A DNA stretch of 64,000 nucleotides from an uncultured delta proteobacterium (GCA_963761335.1 CAVXGR010000025.1:20366-84365); one strand, 5' to 3'. Positions 24,765 to 35,083 are shown, numbered from the stretch's first letter. Numbers and translations: made by a program. Notes: generated from the sequence alone by a model not told the origin.

Positions 24765-26609
24765 ATGCGGATCGCCGTCTGCATCAAGCACGTGCCCGTG
24801 GTCTGGGCGATGAAGTTCGACCCGGACTCGAAGACGCTCAAGCGCGAGGGGGTGCCGGGAGAGATCAGCTCCTTCGACGTGCGCGCTCTGGGCAGAGCCG
24901 TGGAGCTGCGCCAGGCCCACGGCGGTTCGGTCACCGCCCTGACCATGGGACCACCGCCGGCGCGCAAGTCGCTGGAGACCTGCCTGGCCATGGGCGCCGA
25001 TCGCGCCGTGCACCTCTGCGACCCGGTGTTCGCCGGCTCCGACACCCTGGCCACGGCCCGGGCGCTCGCCGCCGGGCTCCGGCACCTCGGCTTCGACCTC
25101 ATCCTCTGCGGGCGCCACAGCGTCGATGCGGAGACCGGGCAGGTGGGACCCGAGGTGGCGGAGCTGCTCGACATCGCGCAGGTGACCGCCGCTCGCCGCA
25201 TCGAGGTGGACGCCGCCGCGAAGGTCCTGCGCATCGAGCGCGAGACCGACGACGGCTACGAGCTGGTGGAGGTCGCGACTCCGGTGCTGATCAGTGCCGC
25301 GGAGGATCTGGCCGAGGAGCCGGCGCCCACCAAGGAGGAGCGCGAGGCCGCCAAGCAGAAGCCGATCGAGACCATCACGGCGGCCGAGCTGGGAATCGAT
25401 GCGGCGCAGGTCGGCCTCTCCGGGTCGCCGACCTGGGTGCAGGGCTTCGAGACCATCGCCAGCAAGCGCCTGGGGAGGACTCTCTCCGGCGAGTCGCTGG
25501 AAGCGGTCGTCGAGGAGCTGGTGGACAGGCTCCTCGAGCACGGCCTGTTCGGCAAATGGCAGGAGCCATCGCCGGCGGGGGCAGGGGACGCCGGGGCCGC
25601 TCCCGAAGCGGTGAGGCGCCGCGGGCCCAGCGACGTCTGGGTGGTCGCCGAGGTCGCCGGCCAGCGCCTTCGCCCGGTCACCCACGAGCTTGTCGGCAAG
25701 GGCGCCGAGCTGGCGCGGCGTCTCGGCTCGTCGCTGGACGTGGTCCTGGCGGGAGACGACGCTGGGCGCCACTGCGCGGCACTCGCCCACAGCGGCGCGC
25801 AACGCGTGCTGCTCGCCGAGCACCCACAGCTGGCGACCTACGACACCGAGCGCTACGCGGCGCTGTTGAGCGACGCCATCCGCAGCCGCCAGCCGGGGAT
25901 CGTGCTTCTGCCCTCGAACGGCTTCGGGCGCGACCTGGCGCCGCGGGTGGCGGCACGGCTGCAGATCGGGCTCACGGGGGACTGCCTCGACCTCGACCTC
26001 GATGCGGAGGGGCGCCTGGTGCAGCTTAAACCCGCCTTCGGTGGCAGCGTCGTTGCCCCCATCCTCTCGCGGACGCTGCCGGAGATGGCGACGGTGCGGC
26101 CCGGACTGCTCGATGCTCCGGTCCCCGACCCGACGCGTCGCGCCATGGTCGAACGCCTGGAGATTGTGGAGGGCGCTGCGCCGCGCGTGCGTCATCTCGG
26201 CCCGCGGGCGAGCGCCGCGCTGGCCAGCGACCTCGACGAGGCCGAGATCGTCGTCGGCATCGGCATGGGGCTCGGCGCCGCCGAGGAGATTGCCGCGGTG
26301 GAGCCGCTGCGCGGCGCCCTCGGCGCGGCGCTGGCGGCGACGCGTGAGGTCACCGACGCCGGATGGTTGCCGAAGCACTCCCAGGTGGGCTTCACCGGCC
26401 GCTCCATCGCGCCGCGGCTCTACATCGCCGTCGGCATTCGCGGCGCCGTCTACCACATGGTCGGTTTGCGGCGCGCCGGCATCATCGTCGCCATCAACAA
26501 CGACCCCAAGGCGGCGGTGTTCAAGAATGCCGACTACGGCATCGTCGGCGACTACCGCGAGGTCCTCCCCCTGCTGGTGCGCCGGCTGGAGGCGGCAAAG
26601 GCGCGGTAG
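24765..26609 (+). CDS. Fused electron transfer flavoprotein, beta-alpha (EtfB-EtfA) in one polypeptide
   Basis: 614 aa. The N-terminal half is EtfB-like (MRIAVCIKHVPV..., LTMGPPPARKSLETCLAMGADRAVHL, GRHSVDAETGQVGP, GSPTWV). The C-terminal half is EtfA-like (VWVVAEV..., FGRDLAPRVAARL, PRLYIAVGIRGAVYHMVGLRRAGIIVAINNDPKAAVFKNADYGIVGDY). Confidence 0.85.
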   Translation: MRIAVCIKHVPVVWAMKFDPDSKTLKREGVPGEISSFDVRALGRAVELRQAHGGSVTALTMGPPPARKSLETCLAMGADRAVHLCDPVFAGSDTLATARALAAGLRHLGFDLILCGRHSVDAETGQVGPEVAELLDIAQVTAARRIEVDAAAKVLRIERETDDGYELVEVATPVLISAAEDLAEEPAPTKEEREAAKQKPIETITAAELGIDAAQVGLSGSPTWVQGFETIASKRLGRTLSGESLEAVVEELVDRLLEHGLFGKWQEPSPAGAGDAGAAPEAVRRRGPSDVWVVAEVAGQRLRPVTHELVGKGAELARRLGSSLDVVLAGDDAGRHCAALAHSGAQRVLLAEHPQLATYDTERYAALLSDAIRSRQPGIVLLPSNGFGRDLAPRVAARLQIGLTGDCLDLDLDAEGRLVQLKPAFGGSVVAPILSRTLPEMATVRPGLLDAPVPDPTRRAMVERLEIVEGAAPRVRHLGPRASAALASDLDEAEIVVGIGMGLGAAEEIAAVEPLRGALGAALAATREVTDAGWLPKHSQVGFTGRSIAPRLYIAVGIRGAVYHMVGLRRAGIIVAINNDPKAAVFKNADYGIVGDYREVLPLLVRRLEAAKAR

Positions 26610-26613
26610 GACA

Positions 26614-26730
26614 GAAGAGAATGTAAAATGGAGAACCGGTGACCGGTGATGGAGAACCGGCGATCGGCGGCCGAACCCGTTGTCCGGTTCTGAATCACCG
26701 GTCACCGGTTCTCCATTTTACATTCTCTTC
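26614..26730. repeat. 117-nt near-perfect palindrome (element D)
   Basis: 26614-26650 (gaagagaatgtaaaatggagaaccggtgaccggtgat) is the exact reverse complement of 26694-26730, giving 37 of 37 pairs. After a 2-nt mismatch, a further 8 bp pair (26653-26660 with 26684-26691). The terminal loop is 23 nt. The element starts 5 nt after the etf stop and ends 59 nt before the tkt start. Confidence 0.95.
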
Positions 26731-26789
26731 CTTATCTGTCGGGCGTGCTTCCTCTATGCTGGAGGCATTCCGCAGCGAAGGAGGGCTTC

Positions 26790-28865
<2,076 letters not shown>

Positions 28866-28935
28866 GCCTTCAATTGCCGCTGCCGGCGGGGGATAATGGC
28901 AATCGTGCAGCACCAGCCGAGAAGAAGAGAAGAGG

Positions 28936-30324
28936 ATGGCGACCGCCAAGTTGATTGAGTCGATCAACCCCGCAAACGAGGAAGTTCTCGCCCGCTTCGA
29001 GGCCACGCCGCCCGAGGAGGTCGAGCGGGCGCTGCAGCAGGCAGACGATGCCTTTCGCTCGTACCGGACCACGAGCTTCGGATACCGCGCCGAGCTCATG
29101 CGCGGCGTGGCGCGCTATCTGCGCGAGCACGCGCCGCGCCTCGCCGGGCTGATGACCGCGGAGATGGGCAAGCCGATCGTCGAGGCCGAGGCGGAGGTCG
29201 AGAAATGCGCCTGGACCTGCGACTACTTCGCCGAGCACGGCGAGGACTTCCTCGCCGCCGAGCCGCATCCGTCGAGCGCCAGCGAGAGCTACGTGGAGTT
29301 TGCACCGCTCGGCTGTGTGCTGGCGATCATGCCGTGGAACTTCCCCTTCTGGCAGCTGATGCGCTTCGCGGCGCCGGGGCTGATGGCGGGAAATACGGCT
29401 ATTCTCAAGCATGCGTCCAACGTCCCGCAGTGCGCTCTGGCGATCGAGGAGATCTTCCGCGAGTGCGAATATCCGCCCGGCGTGTTCCGAACCCTTCTGC
29501 TCTCCGGATCCGCGGCGACCCGCCTGCTCGCCGACCGCCGCATTGCCGCGGTGACGCTCACCGGCAGCGACGCCGCCGGGGCCGCGGTCGCCGAGGCCGC
29601 CGGTCGCGAGCTCAAGAAGGCCGTCCTCGAGCTGGGCGGCTCCGATCCATTCATCGTTCTCGAGGACGCCGACCTCGAGGCGGCAGTGCAGACGGGGGTG
29701 CGCGCCCGCTTCCAGAATACCGGCCAGAGCTGCATCGCCGCCAAGCGTTTCATTGTCGTCGATGCCGTCTTCGAAGAGTACCAGGACCGTTTCGCCGCGG
29801 CGGCGCAGGCGCTTCGCCTCGGCAATCCCGCCGAGCGCACGGTTCAGGTCGGACCGCTGGCGCGCGGCGACCTGCGCGACGATCTCGAGGATCAGGTGAC
29901 GCGCTCGGTCGGCGCCGGCGCCCGTCTGCTCACCGGGGGCAGGCGTCGCCCGGGAAAGGGTTACTTCTTCGATCCCACCGTGCTCGCCGAGGTGCCGCGC
30001 CAAGCGGCCGCGGCGCGGGAGGAGGTGTTCGGTCCGGTGGCGGCGTTGATGCGGGTGCGAGACGCCGCCGAAGCAGTCGAGGTCGCCAACGACTCACCCT
30101 TCGGCCTGGGAGCGAGTCTGTGGAGCGCCGACCTGAGCCGCGCCAAGCGGCTGGCGCCGCAGATCGAGACGGGACAAGTGTTCATCAACGGCATGGTTGC
30201 ATCTGACGCGCGGCTGCCATTCGGAGGTGTGAAGAGATCGGGCTACGGCCGCGAGCTCTCGGAGTTCGGCATTCGCGAGTTCGTCAACATACAGACGGTG
30301 TGGATCGGGCCGAAGGTCTCCTGA
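28936..30324 (+). CDS. NAD(P)-dependent aldehyde dehydrogenase (succinate-semialdehyde dehydrogenase-like)
   Basis: 462 aa. Motifs: PWNFPFWQ, the catalytic-Glu region [15 protein letters not shown], the Cys region [14 protein letters not shown], and EEVFGPV. Confidence 0.85.
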   Translation: MATAKLIESINPANEEVLARFEATPPEEVERALQQADDAFRSYRTTSFGYRAELMRGVARYLREHAPRLAGLMTAEMGKPIVEAEAEVEKCAWTCDYFAEHGEDFLAAEPHPSSASESYVEFAPLGCVLAIMPWNFPFWQLMRFAAPGLMAGNTAILKHASNVPQCALAIEEIFRECEYPPGVFRTLLLSGSAATRLLADRRIAAVTLTGSDAAGAAVAEAAGRELKKAVLELGGSDPFIVLEDADLEAAVQTGVRARFQNTGQSCIAAKRFIVVDAVFEEYQDRFAAAAQALRLGNPAERTVQVGPLARGDLRDDLEDQVTRSVGAGARLLTGGRRRPGKGYFFDPTVLAEVPRQAAAAREEVFGPVAALMRVRDAAEAVEVANDSPFGLGASLWSADLSRAKRLAPQIETGQVFINGMVASDARLPFGGVKRSGYGRELSEFGIREFVNIQTVWIGPKVS

Positions 30325-30362
30325 AGAGACTCCTCGGAGAAGCACACCGCGTGGGAGGCCCC

Positions 30363-30794
30363 ATGAAGGTACCAATCGAAATCACCTATCTCGAGATGAA
30401 GCGAAGCGACAACATCGATGGGCTGGTGCGCCGGCAGGCGGCCAAGCTGGAGAAGTTCTGCAACCACATCTCCAGCTGCCGCGTCGCCATCTCCAAGCCG
30501 CATGTGCGCCAGCGGGCCGGGAATCGCTACCGGGTACGGCTCGACGTCACCGTGCCGCCGAGTCACGAGCTCGCCGTCGTCGAAGGCGATACCAAGGACT
30601 ACATGCACGACGACCTGCGCACCGTCGTCCGCCGCAGCTTTCGGGCGATGCGGCGCCAAGTGCAGGAGCTGGCGGAACGGCAGCGAAAGGAAGTGAAGAG
30701 GCACGGGGAGCCGACGGAGGGGCGCCCAAGGCGGGCGGGCGATCTTACATCGCCATTGGAAAGTCCTGCCCCGGCGGCGGAAGCTTCTTCCTGA
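30363..30794 (+). CDS. HPF/RaiA-family (ribosome-associated, sigma54-modulation-protein-like) protein
   Basis: ATG 30363 preceded by GGGAGG. MKVPIEITYLEMKRSDNIDGLVRRQAAKLEKF....RVAISKP....YRVRLDVTVPP.ELAV....DLRTVVRRSFRAMRRQVQEL follows the beta-alpha-beta-beta-beta-alpha layout of RaiA-like proteins. The tail is basic and Pro/Ala-rich. Confidence 0.5.
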   Translation: MKVPIEITYLEMKRSDNIDGLVRRQAAKLEKFCNHISSCRVAISKPHVRQRAGNRYRVRLDVTVPPSHELAVVEGDTKDYMHDDLRTVVRRSFRAMRRQVQELAERQRKEVKRHGEPTEGRPRRAGDLTSPLESPAPAAEASS

Positions 30795-30931
30795 GCGCCG
30801 CCGTCCCTGGGGATTTGCGCGTCCTGGTACCATCCTTGCCTCACCGGCAGACGAGGCTCATCTGTCTGGCGAACGTCTGCTGCTCCGCTTCCCGAGGCCC
30901 CCGAAGAGGCGTCCGCCGAAAGGAGGTCCTG

Positions 30932-31327
30932 ATGTTCTTCTGGGACATCGTCATCGCCTTCGTGGTGTCGCTGCTGATGACCGCGATCTTCAGCGTCGGC
31001 TTCGGCCGGCGCGGCCCGTGGGCCAGCGTGCCGCTGTTCCTCTTCATCATCTTTCTCGCGGCGTGGGCAGCGGGCGTATGGCTGCAGCCCACGGGCGTGG
31101 TGCTCTGGGGCACCTACTGGCTGCCGTTCCTGGTCGTCGGACTGATCATGGCGCTGCTCTTGGCGCTGGCGGCCCCGGCGCCACCTGGCCGGCTCGAGCA
31201 CCAGCCGCCGCCGCAGGTGCCCGCCTCCGGGTCGGAGGACGTTGCCCTCGCCGTCGAAGCGTTCCTGTGGGTGTTCTTCGCAATCCTGGTTTCCGCCATC
31301 GTCATCCACTACCTGTTCGCTTACTGA
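30932..31327 (+). CDS. Small integral membrane protein (4 predicted helices), unknown function
   Basis: ATG 30932 preceded by AGGAGG. MFFWDIVIAFVVSLLMTAIFSV..., LFLFIIFLAAWAAGVWL, WLPFLVVGLIMALLLALAA, FLWVFFAILVSAIVIHYLF. Confidence 0.6.
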   Translation: MFFWDIVIAFVVSLLMTAIFSVGFGRRGPWASVPLFLFIIFLAAWAAGVWLQPTGVVLWGTYWLPFLVVGLIMALLLALAAPAPPGRLEHQPPPQVPASGSEDVALAVEAFLWVFFAILVSAIVIHYLFAY

Positions 31328-31372
31328 GGCGGCGGCGGTCGCCTCTGGCGCCGCGCCGCGGATTCGGCGAAG

Positions 31373-32203
31373 ATGGACGCGATGGACGTGCGCCGGCGGG
31401 TCCCTCGCGCCCTCGAACATCTCGAGGAGATTGCCCAGCAGCGGCGAAACCGACGTCTGGCGGTCTTCCTCGACTACGACGGTACGTTGACGCCGATCGT
31501 CGATCGCCCCGAGCTCGCGGTTCTGTCCGCCGAGATGAGAGACACGCTGAGTCGTCTGGCGCGGGTCTGCACGGTGGCCGTGGTCAGCGGCAGGGACCGC
31601 GCCGACGTGGAGAGACTCGTGGGCCTCGATTCGATCTACTACGCCGGCAGTCACGGCTTCGACATCGGCGGTCCCTCGGGTCGCGAGATTCAGTACCAGC
31701 CGGGGCAGCAGTTCACCGGCCCATTGCGCCGCGCCGAGTCGGAGCTGCGCGCCCGGCTTGGGCCGATCCCGGGTGTGCTGGTTGAGGGAAAACGCTACGC
31801 CGTGGCCGTGCACTTCCGTCTGGTGGCCCCGCGGGAGGTGCCCGGCGTGCAGGAGGCGTTCGAAGAGGTGGCCGGTGCCCATCCCGAGCTGCGCCAGACC
31901 GGAGGCAAGATGGTCCTCGAGCTGCGCCCGAAGCTCGACTGGGACAAGGGCAAGGCCATGCTGTGGCTGCTCGAGACCCTCGAGCTTCGGGGCGATACCA
32001 CCTTGGCGCTGTACATCGGCGATGACGAGACCGACGAGGACGCCTTCGGCGCCATCGAGCCGGTGGGGATCGGCATCTTGGTCGCCGAGGAGGACGACCG
32101 TCCTACGGCGGCGCGCTACCGCCTGGGAACTCCCGGGGACGTGCGGGTGTTTCTCGGCCATCTGATCGAGGGTGTCGCCGGAGGCGCCAAGGGGAGGAGG
32201 TGA
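31373..32203 (+). CDS. otsB: Trehalose-6-phosphate phosphatase (HAD family)
   Basis: HAD motif I in LAVFLDYDGTLTPIV. Then VAVVSGRDRADV, KRYAVAVHFR, LELRPKLDWDKGKAMLWLL and motif IV in YIGDDETDEDAF. Confidence 0.85.
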   Translation: MDAMDVRRRVPRALEHLEEIAQQRRNRRLAVFLDYDGTLTPIVDRPELAVLSAEMRDTLSRLARVCTVAVVSGRDRADVERLVGLDSIYYAGSHGFDIGGPSGREIQYQPGQQFTGPLRRAESELRARLGPIPGVLVEGKRYAVAVHFRLVAPREVPGVQEAFEEVAGAHPELRQTGGKMVLELRPKLDWDKGKAMLWLLETLELRGDTTLALYIGDDETDEDAFGAIEPVGIGILVAEEDDRPTAARYRLGTPGDVRVFLGHLIEGVAGGAKGRR

Positions 32204-32863
32204 ATGACACGGCGGGCGGAAGAGAGGCACAGCGAGGTGCGCATTCCCTCCGACGGGGTCCAACTGCAGGGGGAGCTGCGGCTGGCCGACGGAGCCCGCT
32301 CGGTGGTGCTGTTTGCGCACGGCAGCGGCAGCAGTCGCCACAGCCCGCGGAACCAGCACGTCGCCGAGATCATCCGTCACGCCGGCATCGGCACGCTGCT
32401 CTTCGATCTGCTGACCCCCGAAGAGGAGACCCTCGACATGCGCACCGGGCACCTGCGATTCGACATCGGCTTGCTGGAGCGCCGCCTGATCGATGCCACC
32501 CGATGGCTCGATACCGGCGCCGGCCTGGCCGATGCCGCTGTCGGCTACTTCGGTGCCAGCACCGGTGGTGGCGCCGCGCTGGTGGCCGCCGCTGAGCTCG
32601 ATGAACGCGTCGGCGCCGTGGTCTCGCGCGGCGGTCGCCCCGATCTCGCGGGAGCCGCTCTGGCGCGCGTCTCCGCCCCGACCCTGTTGATCGTCGGCGG
32701 CCTGGACAACGTCGTCATTGGCCTCAATCGCGAGGCATACGAGCGCCTCTCGTGTCGCAAGGAGCTCCGCATCGTTGCCGGGGCCACGCATCTGTTCGAA
32801 GAGCCCGGCACCCTCGACGAGGTCGCCCGCCTGGCGCGGGTCTGGTTCGAGCGCTGGCTTTAG
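32204..32863 (+). CDS. Dienelactone-hydrolase-type alpha/beta hydrolase
   Basis: The ATG abuts the otsB stop (TGAATG). VVLFAHGSGSSRHSPRN, nucleophile elbow GASTGG, and LLIVGGLDNVV...ATHLFEEPG. Confidence 0.7.
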   Translation: MTRRAEERHSEVRIPSDGVQLQGELRLADGARSVVLFAHGSGSSRHSPRNQHVAEIIRHAGIGTLLFDLLTPEEETLDMRTGHLRFDIGLLERRLIDATRWLDTGAGLADAAVGYFGASTGGGAALVAAAELDERVGAVVSRGGRPDLAGAALARVSAPTLLIVGGLDNVVIGLNREAYERLSCRKELRIVAGATHLFEEPGTLDEVARLARVWFERWL

Positions 32864-32950
32864 GGATCTCCCTCGCTGGCGGGCGTGTAAGACTTCCAAT
32901 TCCTGAGAATCAGCGCGCCGATAAGCCGCGCCGACCCTGTCGCCGCGGAG

Positions 32951-32965
32951 TGGCACGAGGGTGGC
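32951..32965 (+). promoter_or_regulatory. Candidate sigma54 (-24/-12) promoter
   Basis: TGGCACG-aggg-TGGC has GG-N10-GC spacing exactly as in the consensus TGGCACG-N4-TTGC. The GC lies about 27 nt upstream of GTG 32992. Confidence 0.4.
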
Positions 32966-32991
32966 TCGACACTCGGCGGGAGGAGCTTGCC

Positions 32992-33330
32992 GTGGATACC
33001 CAAACGCGAATGGAACTGGAGCGGGAGCTACGCCGGCGGCGCGACGAGCTTCTGCGGGACGTGAGCGGGGTTTCCGCCGACCTGCGCATCATTGAAGAGG
33101 ATCGCGAGTCGGAGCTCGAGGAGCGGGCTCAGGAGCAGCAGCAGGCGCGGTCGCTCGACAGCCTCGAGGAGCACGACCGACGAGAGATCGAGGAGATCGA
33201 CAGGGCTCTGCGCCGTATGGCGGATGGCTCGTACGGCAACTGCGCCGAATGCGGCGAGCCGATCGAGATCGAGCGCCTGCGCGCCGTGCCGACGGCTCTG
33301 CGCTGTATCGAATGCGTTCGCGGGAAGTGA
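32992..33330 (+). CDS. DksA/TraR-family C4 zinc-finger protein
   Basis: Frame of ORF 32752..33330. GTG 32992 lies 6 nt after GGGAGGAG. ATG 33010 is an alternative start. The body is a coiled coil rich in E and R. The zinc finger is CAECGEPIEIERLRAVPTALRCIEC. Confidence 0.75.
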   Translation: MDTQTRMELERELRRRRDELLRDVSGVSADLRIIEEDRESELEERAQEQQQARSLDSLEEHDRREIEEIDRALRRMADGSYGNCAECGEPIEIERLRAVPTALRCIECVRGK

Positions 33331-33345
33331 TCGGCGACAAGAGTC

Positions 33346-33388
33346 GAAGCGGCGTCCCGCGGCGTCGAAAGCGCCGGGACGCCGCTTC
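33346..33388. repeat. Solo, single-long-hairpin variant of the array S module
   Basis: gaagcggcgtcccg (33346-33359) and cgggacgccgcttc (33375-33388) form a perfect 14-bp stem with a 15-nt loop. It shares GAAGCGGCGTC...GAAAGCGCCGGGACGCCGCTTC with array units. It sits between the convergent stops at 33330 and 33412. Confidence 0.85.
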
Positions 33389-33411
33389 TGCTCCGAAGCG
33401 CGGCGGTACGC

Positions 33412-33960
33412 CTACTTCATTCCCTTCTCGATGACGCCGCAGGCAATGCGGTCGCCGGCGTTCCCGGCCGGATCGCTCTTGTAGTCATCCGCACCGGCGT
33501 GCACCACCAGCGCCGAGCCGTCCTTGTCGAAGACGCTGTTCTTGCCCTGCAGGGTTGCGTGCGGATCGAAGATGTCGACCTTCAGCTTGCCGGAATCGGG
33601 GACGTCGATGTTGGGGAGGTCGCCGGCGTGATAGCCCGCTGCCTCCTCGAACCCGTGGTGCTTCTTCATCGGGTTGAAATGTCCGCCTGCCGACTTGAAG
33701 GGGGGCTCGCACTTGCCGGTCTCGTGAATGTGAAAGGCGTGCGTGCCGGGAGGAAGGTTGGTGAAATCGGCGTGAATGAGCACGCCGTTCGGTGTGCCTT
33801 CGAGGGTCGCCTCGCCGACCACTTTGCCCTCGGCGTTCTTCAGGGTTGCGTGCGCCGTCTCCATCTTGCCCTTGCTGGCCATGGGCTCCTCGGCCCATGC
33901 GGCGCCGATCAACCCCAGTACTGCCAACCCACAAGCCACTGTTGCGATGCGCTTCATCAT
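33412..33960 (-). CDS. sodC: Periplasmic Cu,Zn superoxide dismutase
   Basis: Signal peptide MMKRIATVACGLAVLGLIGAAWA. Motifs: HAFHIHETGKCE, GGHFNP, HAGDLPN, ALVVHAGADDYKSDPAGNAGDRIACGVI. Confidence 0.92.
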   Translation of the reverse strand: MMKRIATVACGLAVLGLIGAAWAEEPMASKGKMETAHATLKNAEGKVVGEATLEGTPNGVLIHADFTNLPPGTHAFHIHETGKCEPPFKSAGGHFNPMKKHHGFEEAAGYHAGDLPNIDVPDSGKLKVDIFDPHATLQGKNSVFDKDGSALVVHAGADDYKSDPAGNAGDRIACGVIEKGMK

Positions 33961-34050
33961 GCGTCCCTCCTTTTCCGCGCGGTCACGCTGCGTTGAACAG
34001 CCGCGGATTCTGCCACAGTAAAGCCGCGGAGTCGACCATGCGGGGAAAGA

Positions 34051-34389
34051 TCAGGCGGCGCGCTTGGATCTGGTGCGCCGCTTCGCCGGTTTCGATTCCG
34101 CCGTCTTCGCTGACTTCGCGGCCGTTCGCCTCTCGCCCTTGCTCCCCTGCAGACTGCGGCGCAGGCGTTCCATCAGGTCTACCACCTCGCCGCCCCGCGC
34201 CGGCTCTTCGGTCTCCAGCTTGGGCTTCTTCCCCTTCCTCTTCGCCTTGATCACGCGCAGCAGGTTCTCCTGGTACTCGTCCGCGTACTTCTCGGGGGAC
34301 CACGGCCCGGCGAGGCTCTCGATCAGGACCGCGTAGCCTCGCTCGCCTCCCTTCCCGGGAACCAGGTAGTACGAGGTGGCTTTGCCCAA
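34051..34389 (-). pseudogene. Remnant of a Ku (NHEJ) gene: N-terminus missing, apparent internal deletion
   Basis: The 112-aa ORF has SYYLVPGKGGERGYAVL (compare the Ku core YFLEPD..S.K.Y.LL) joined directly to LIESLAGPWSPEKYADEYQENLLRVIKAKRKG....VVDLMERLRRSL (compare the Ku C-terminal region). Bacterial Ku is about 270-300 aa. I found no Ku-like N-terminal sequence in any frame upstream. Confidence 0.5.
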
Positions 34390-34418
34390 CGAATCGAGCC
34401 CACGGGGCCGCCGCCGAA

Positions 34419-34492
34419 GGTTGTTAGGTTTTTACGTTGTTGGTTGTTGGTAAGAAGGGGCGATTGACCTAACAACGTAGCAGCCAACAACC
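34419..34492. repeat. Imperfect palindrome with GGTTGTT-type arms (element E)
   Basis: The left arm 34419-34450 is ggttgttaggtttttacgttgttggttgttgg. The right arm 34468-34492 is cctaacaacgtagcagccaacaacc. The ACGTTGTT/AACAACGT cores are complementary. The right arm resembles 7006-7033. Confidence 0.75.
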
Positions 34493-34678
34493 CGCCCGCA
34501 GCCGGGTGTTGACCCGGCAACAGCGACGGATGCCGCGTCGTTCGGGTAACGCGCATGCCGGCGCAGAACCGTATGACCTGTGAACGGAGAGCAGGATGGA
34601 GCTGCAAGACCTACACGGAAGCGGAGCATGCACGGCTCCTTGCCCTTCGGCCAGATGCGGGGGCGTGCGGCGCCGAGT

Positions 34679-34693
34679 TGGCACGCCATATGC
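34679..34693 (+). promoter_or_regulatory. Candidate sigma54 (-24/-12) promoter
   Basis: TGGCACG-ccat-ATGC has exact GG-N10-GC spacing and the same GAGT(T)GGCACG context as the site at 32951. The GC lies about 43 nt upstream of ATG 34736. Confidence 0.45.
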
Positions 34694-34735
34694 GGCAGGC
34701 ACAAATTGAAAGTTCTCTTCGGAGGAGGTGACCGA

Positions 34736-35035
34736 ATGCCTTCAGCGTGGACAGCAAAAGAGGAGCGCCAGTACGAGCACATCAAGAAGAGCGCCCGGAA
34801 GCGCGGCCGCTCAGCCAGCCGGGCCAAGGAGATCGCCGCCCGTACGGTGAACAGGGAGCGGCGGCAGCGAGGCGAGACGCCCAACAAGAAGACCCAGGGT
34901 ACCGGCAATCCGAACACATCCCTGGGCGAGCGGACAGTGAGGGAGCTGCGCAATCGCGCCTCGGGGCTCGACATCGAAGGGCGGAGCAAGATGAACAAGG
35001 CGGAGCTGGTTCGCGCCATTCGCCGTCACAGCTGA
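34736..35035 (+). CDS. Small basic protein with C-terminal Rho-N/SAP-like helix motif
   Basis: ATG 34736 preceded by GGAGGAGG. MPSAWTAKEERQYEHIKKSARKRGRS...AARTVNRERRQRGE. The C-terminal TVRELRNRASGLDIEGRSKMNKAELVRAIRR resembles the Rho N-terminal helix-extended-helix motif. Confidence 0.5.
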   Translation: MPSAWTAKEERQYEHIKKSARKRGRSASRAKEIAARTVNRERRQRGETPNKKTQGTGNPNTSLGERTVRELRNRASGLDIEGRSKMNKAELVRAIRRHS

Positions 35036-35083
35036 GGCGATTGGCGAAGTGCGTATCGGCGGCTATCCACGCAGTGTCCTCAC

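Noticed and set aside
26627-26693. Mini-ORFs inside the perfect palindrome (ATG GAG AAC CGG TGA, and a 14-codon ORF at 26649-26693)
   Set aside because: They are a by-product of the duplicated ATGGAGAACCGG motif. No Shine-Dalgarno sequence is present and I have no conservation evidence. They are mentioned only in case ribosome profiling becomes available.
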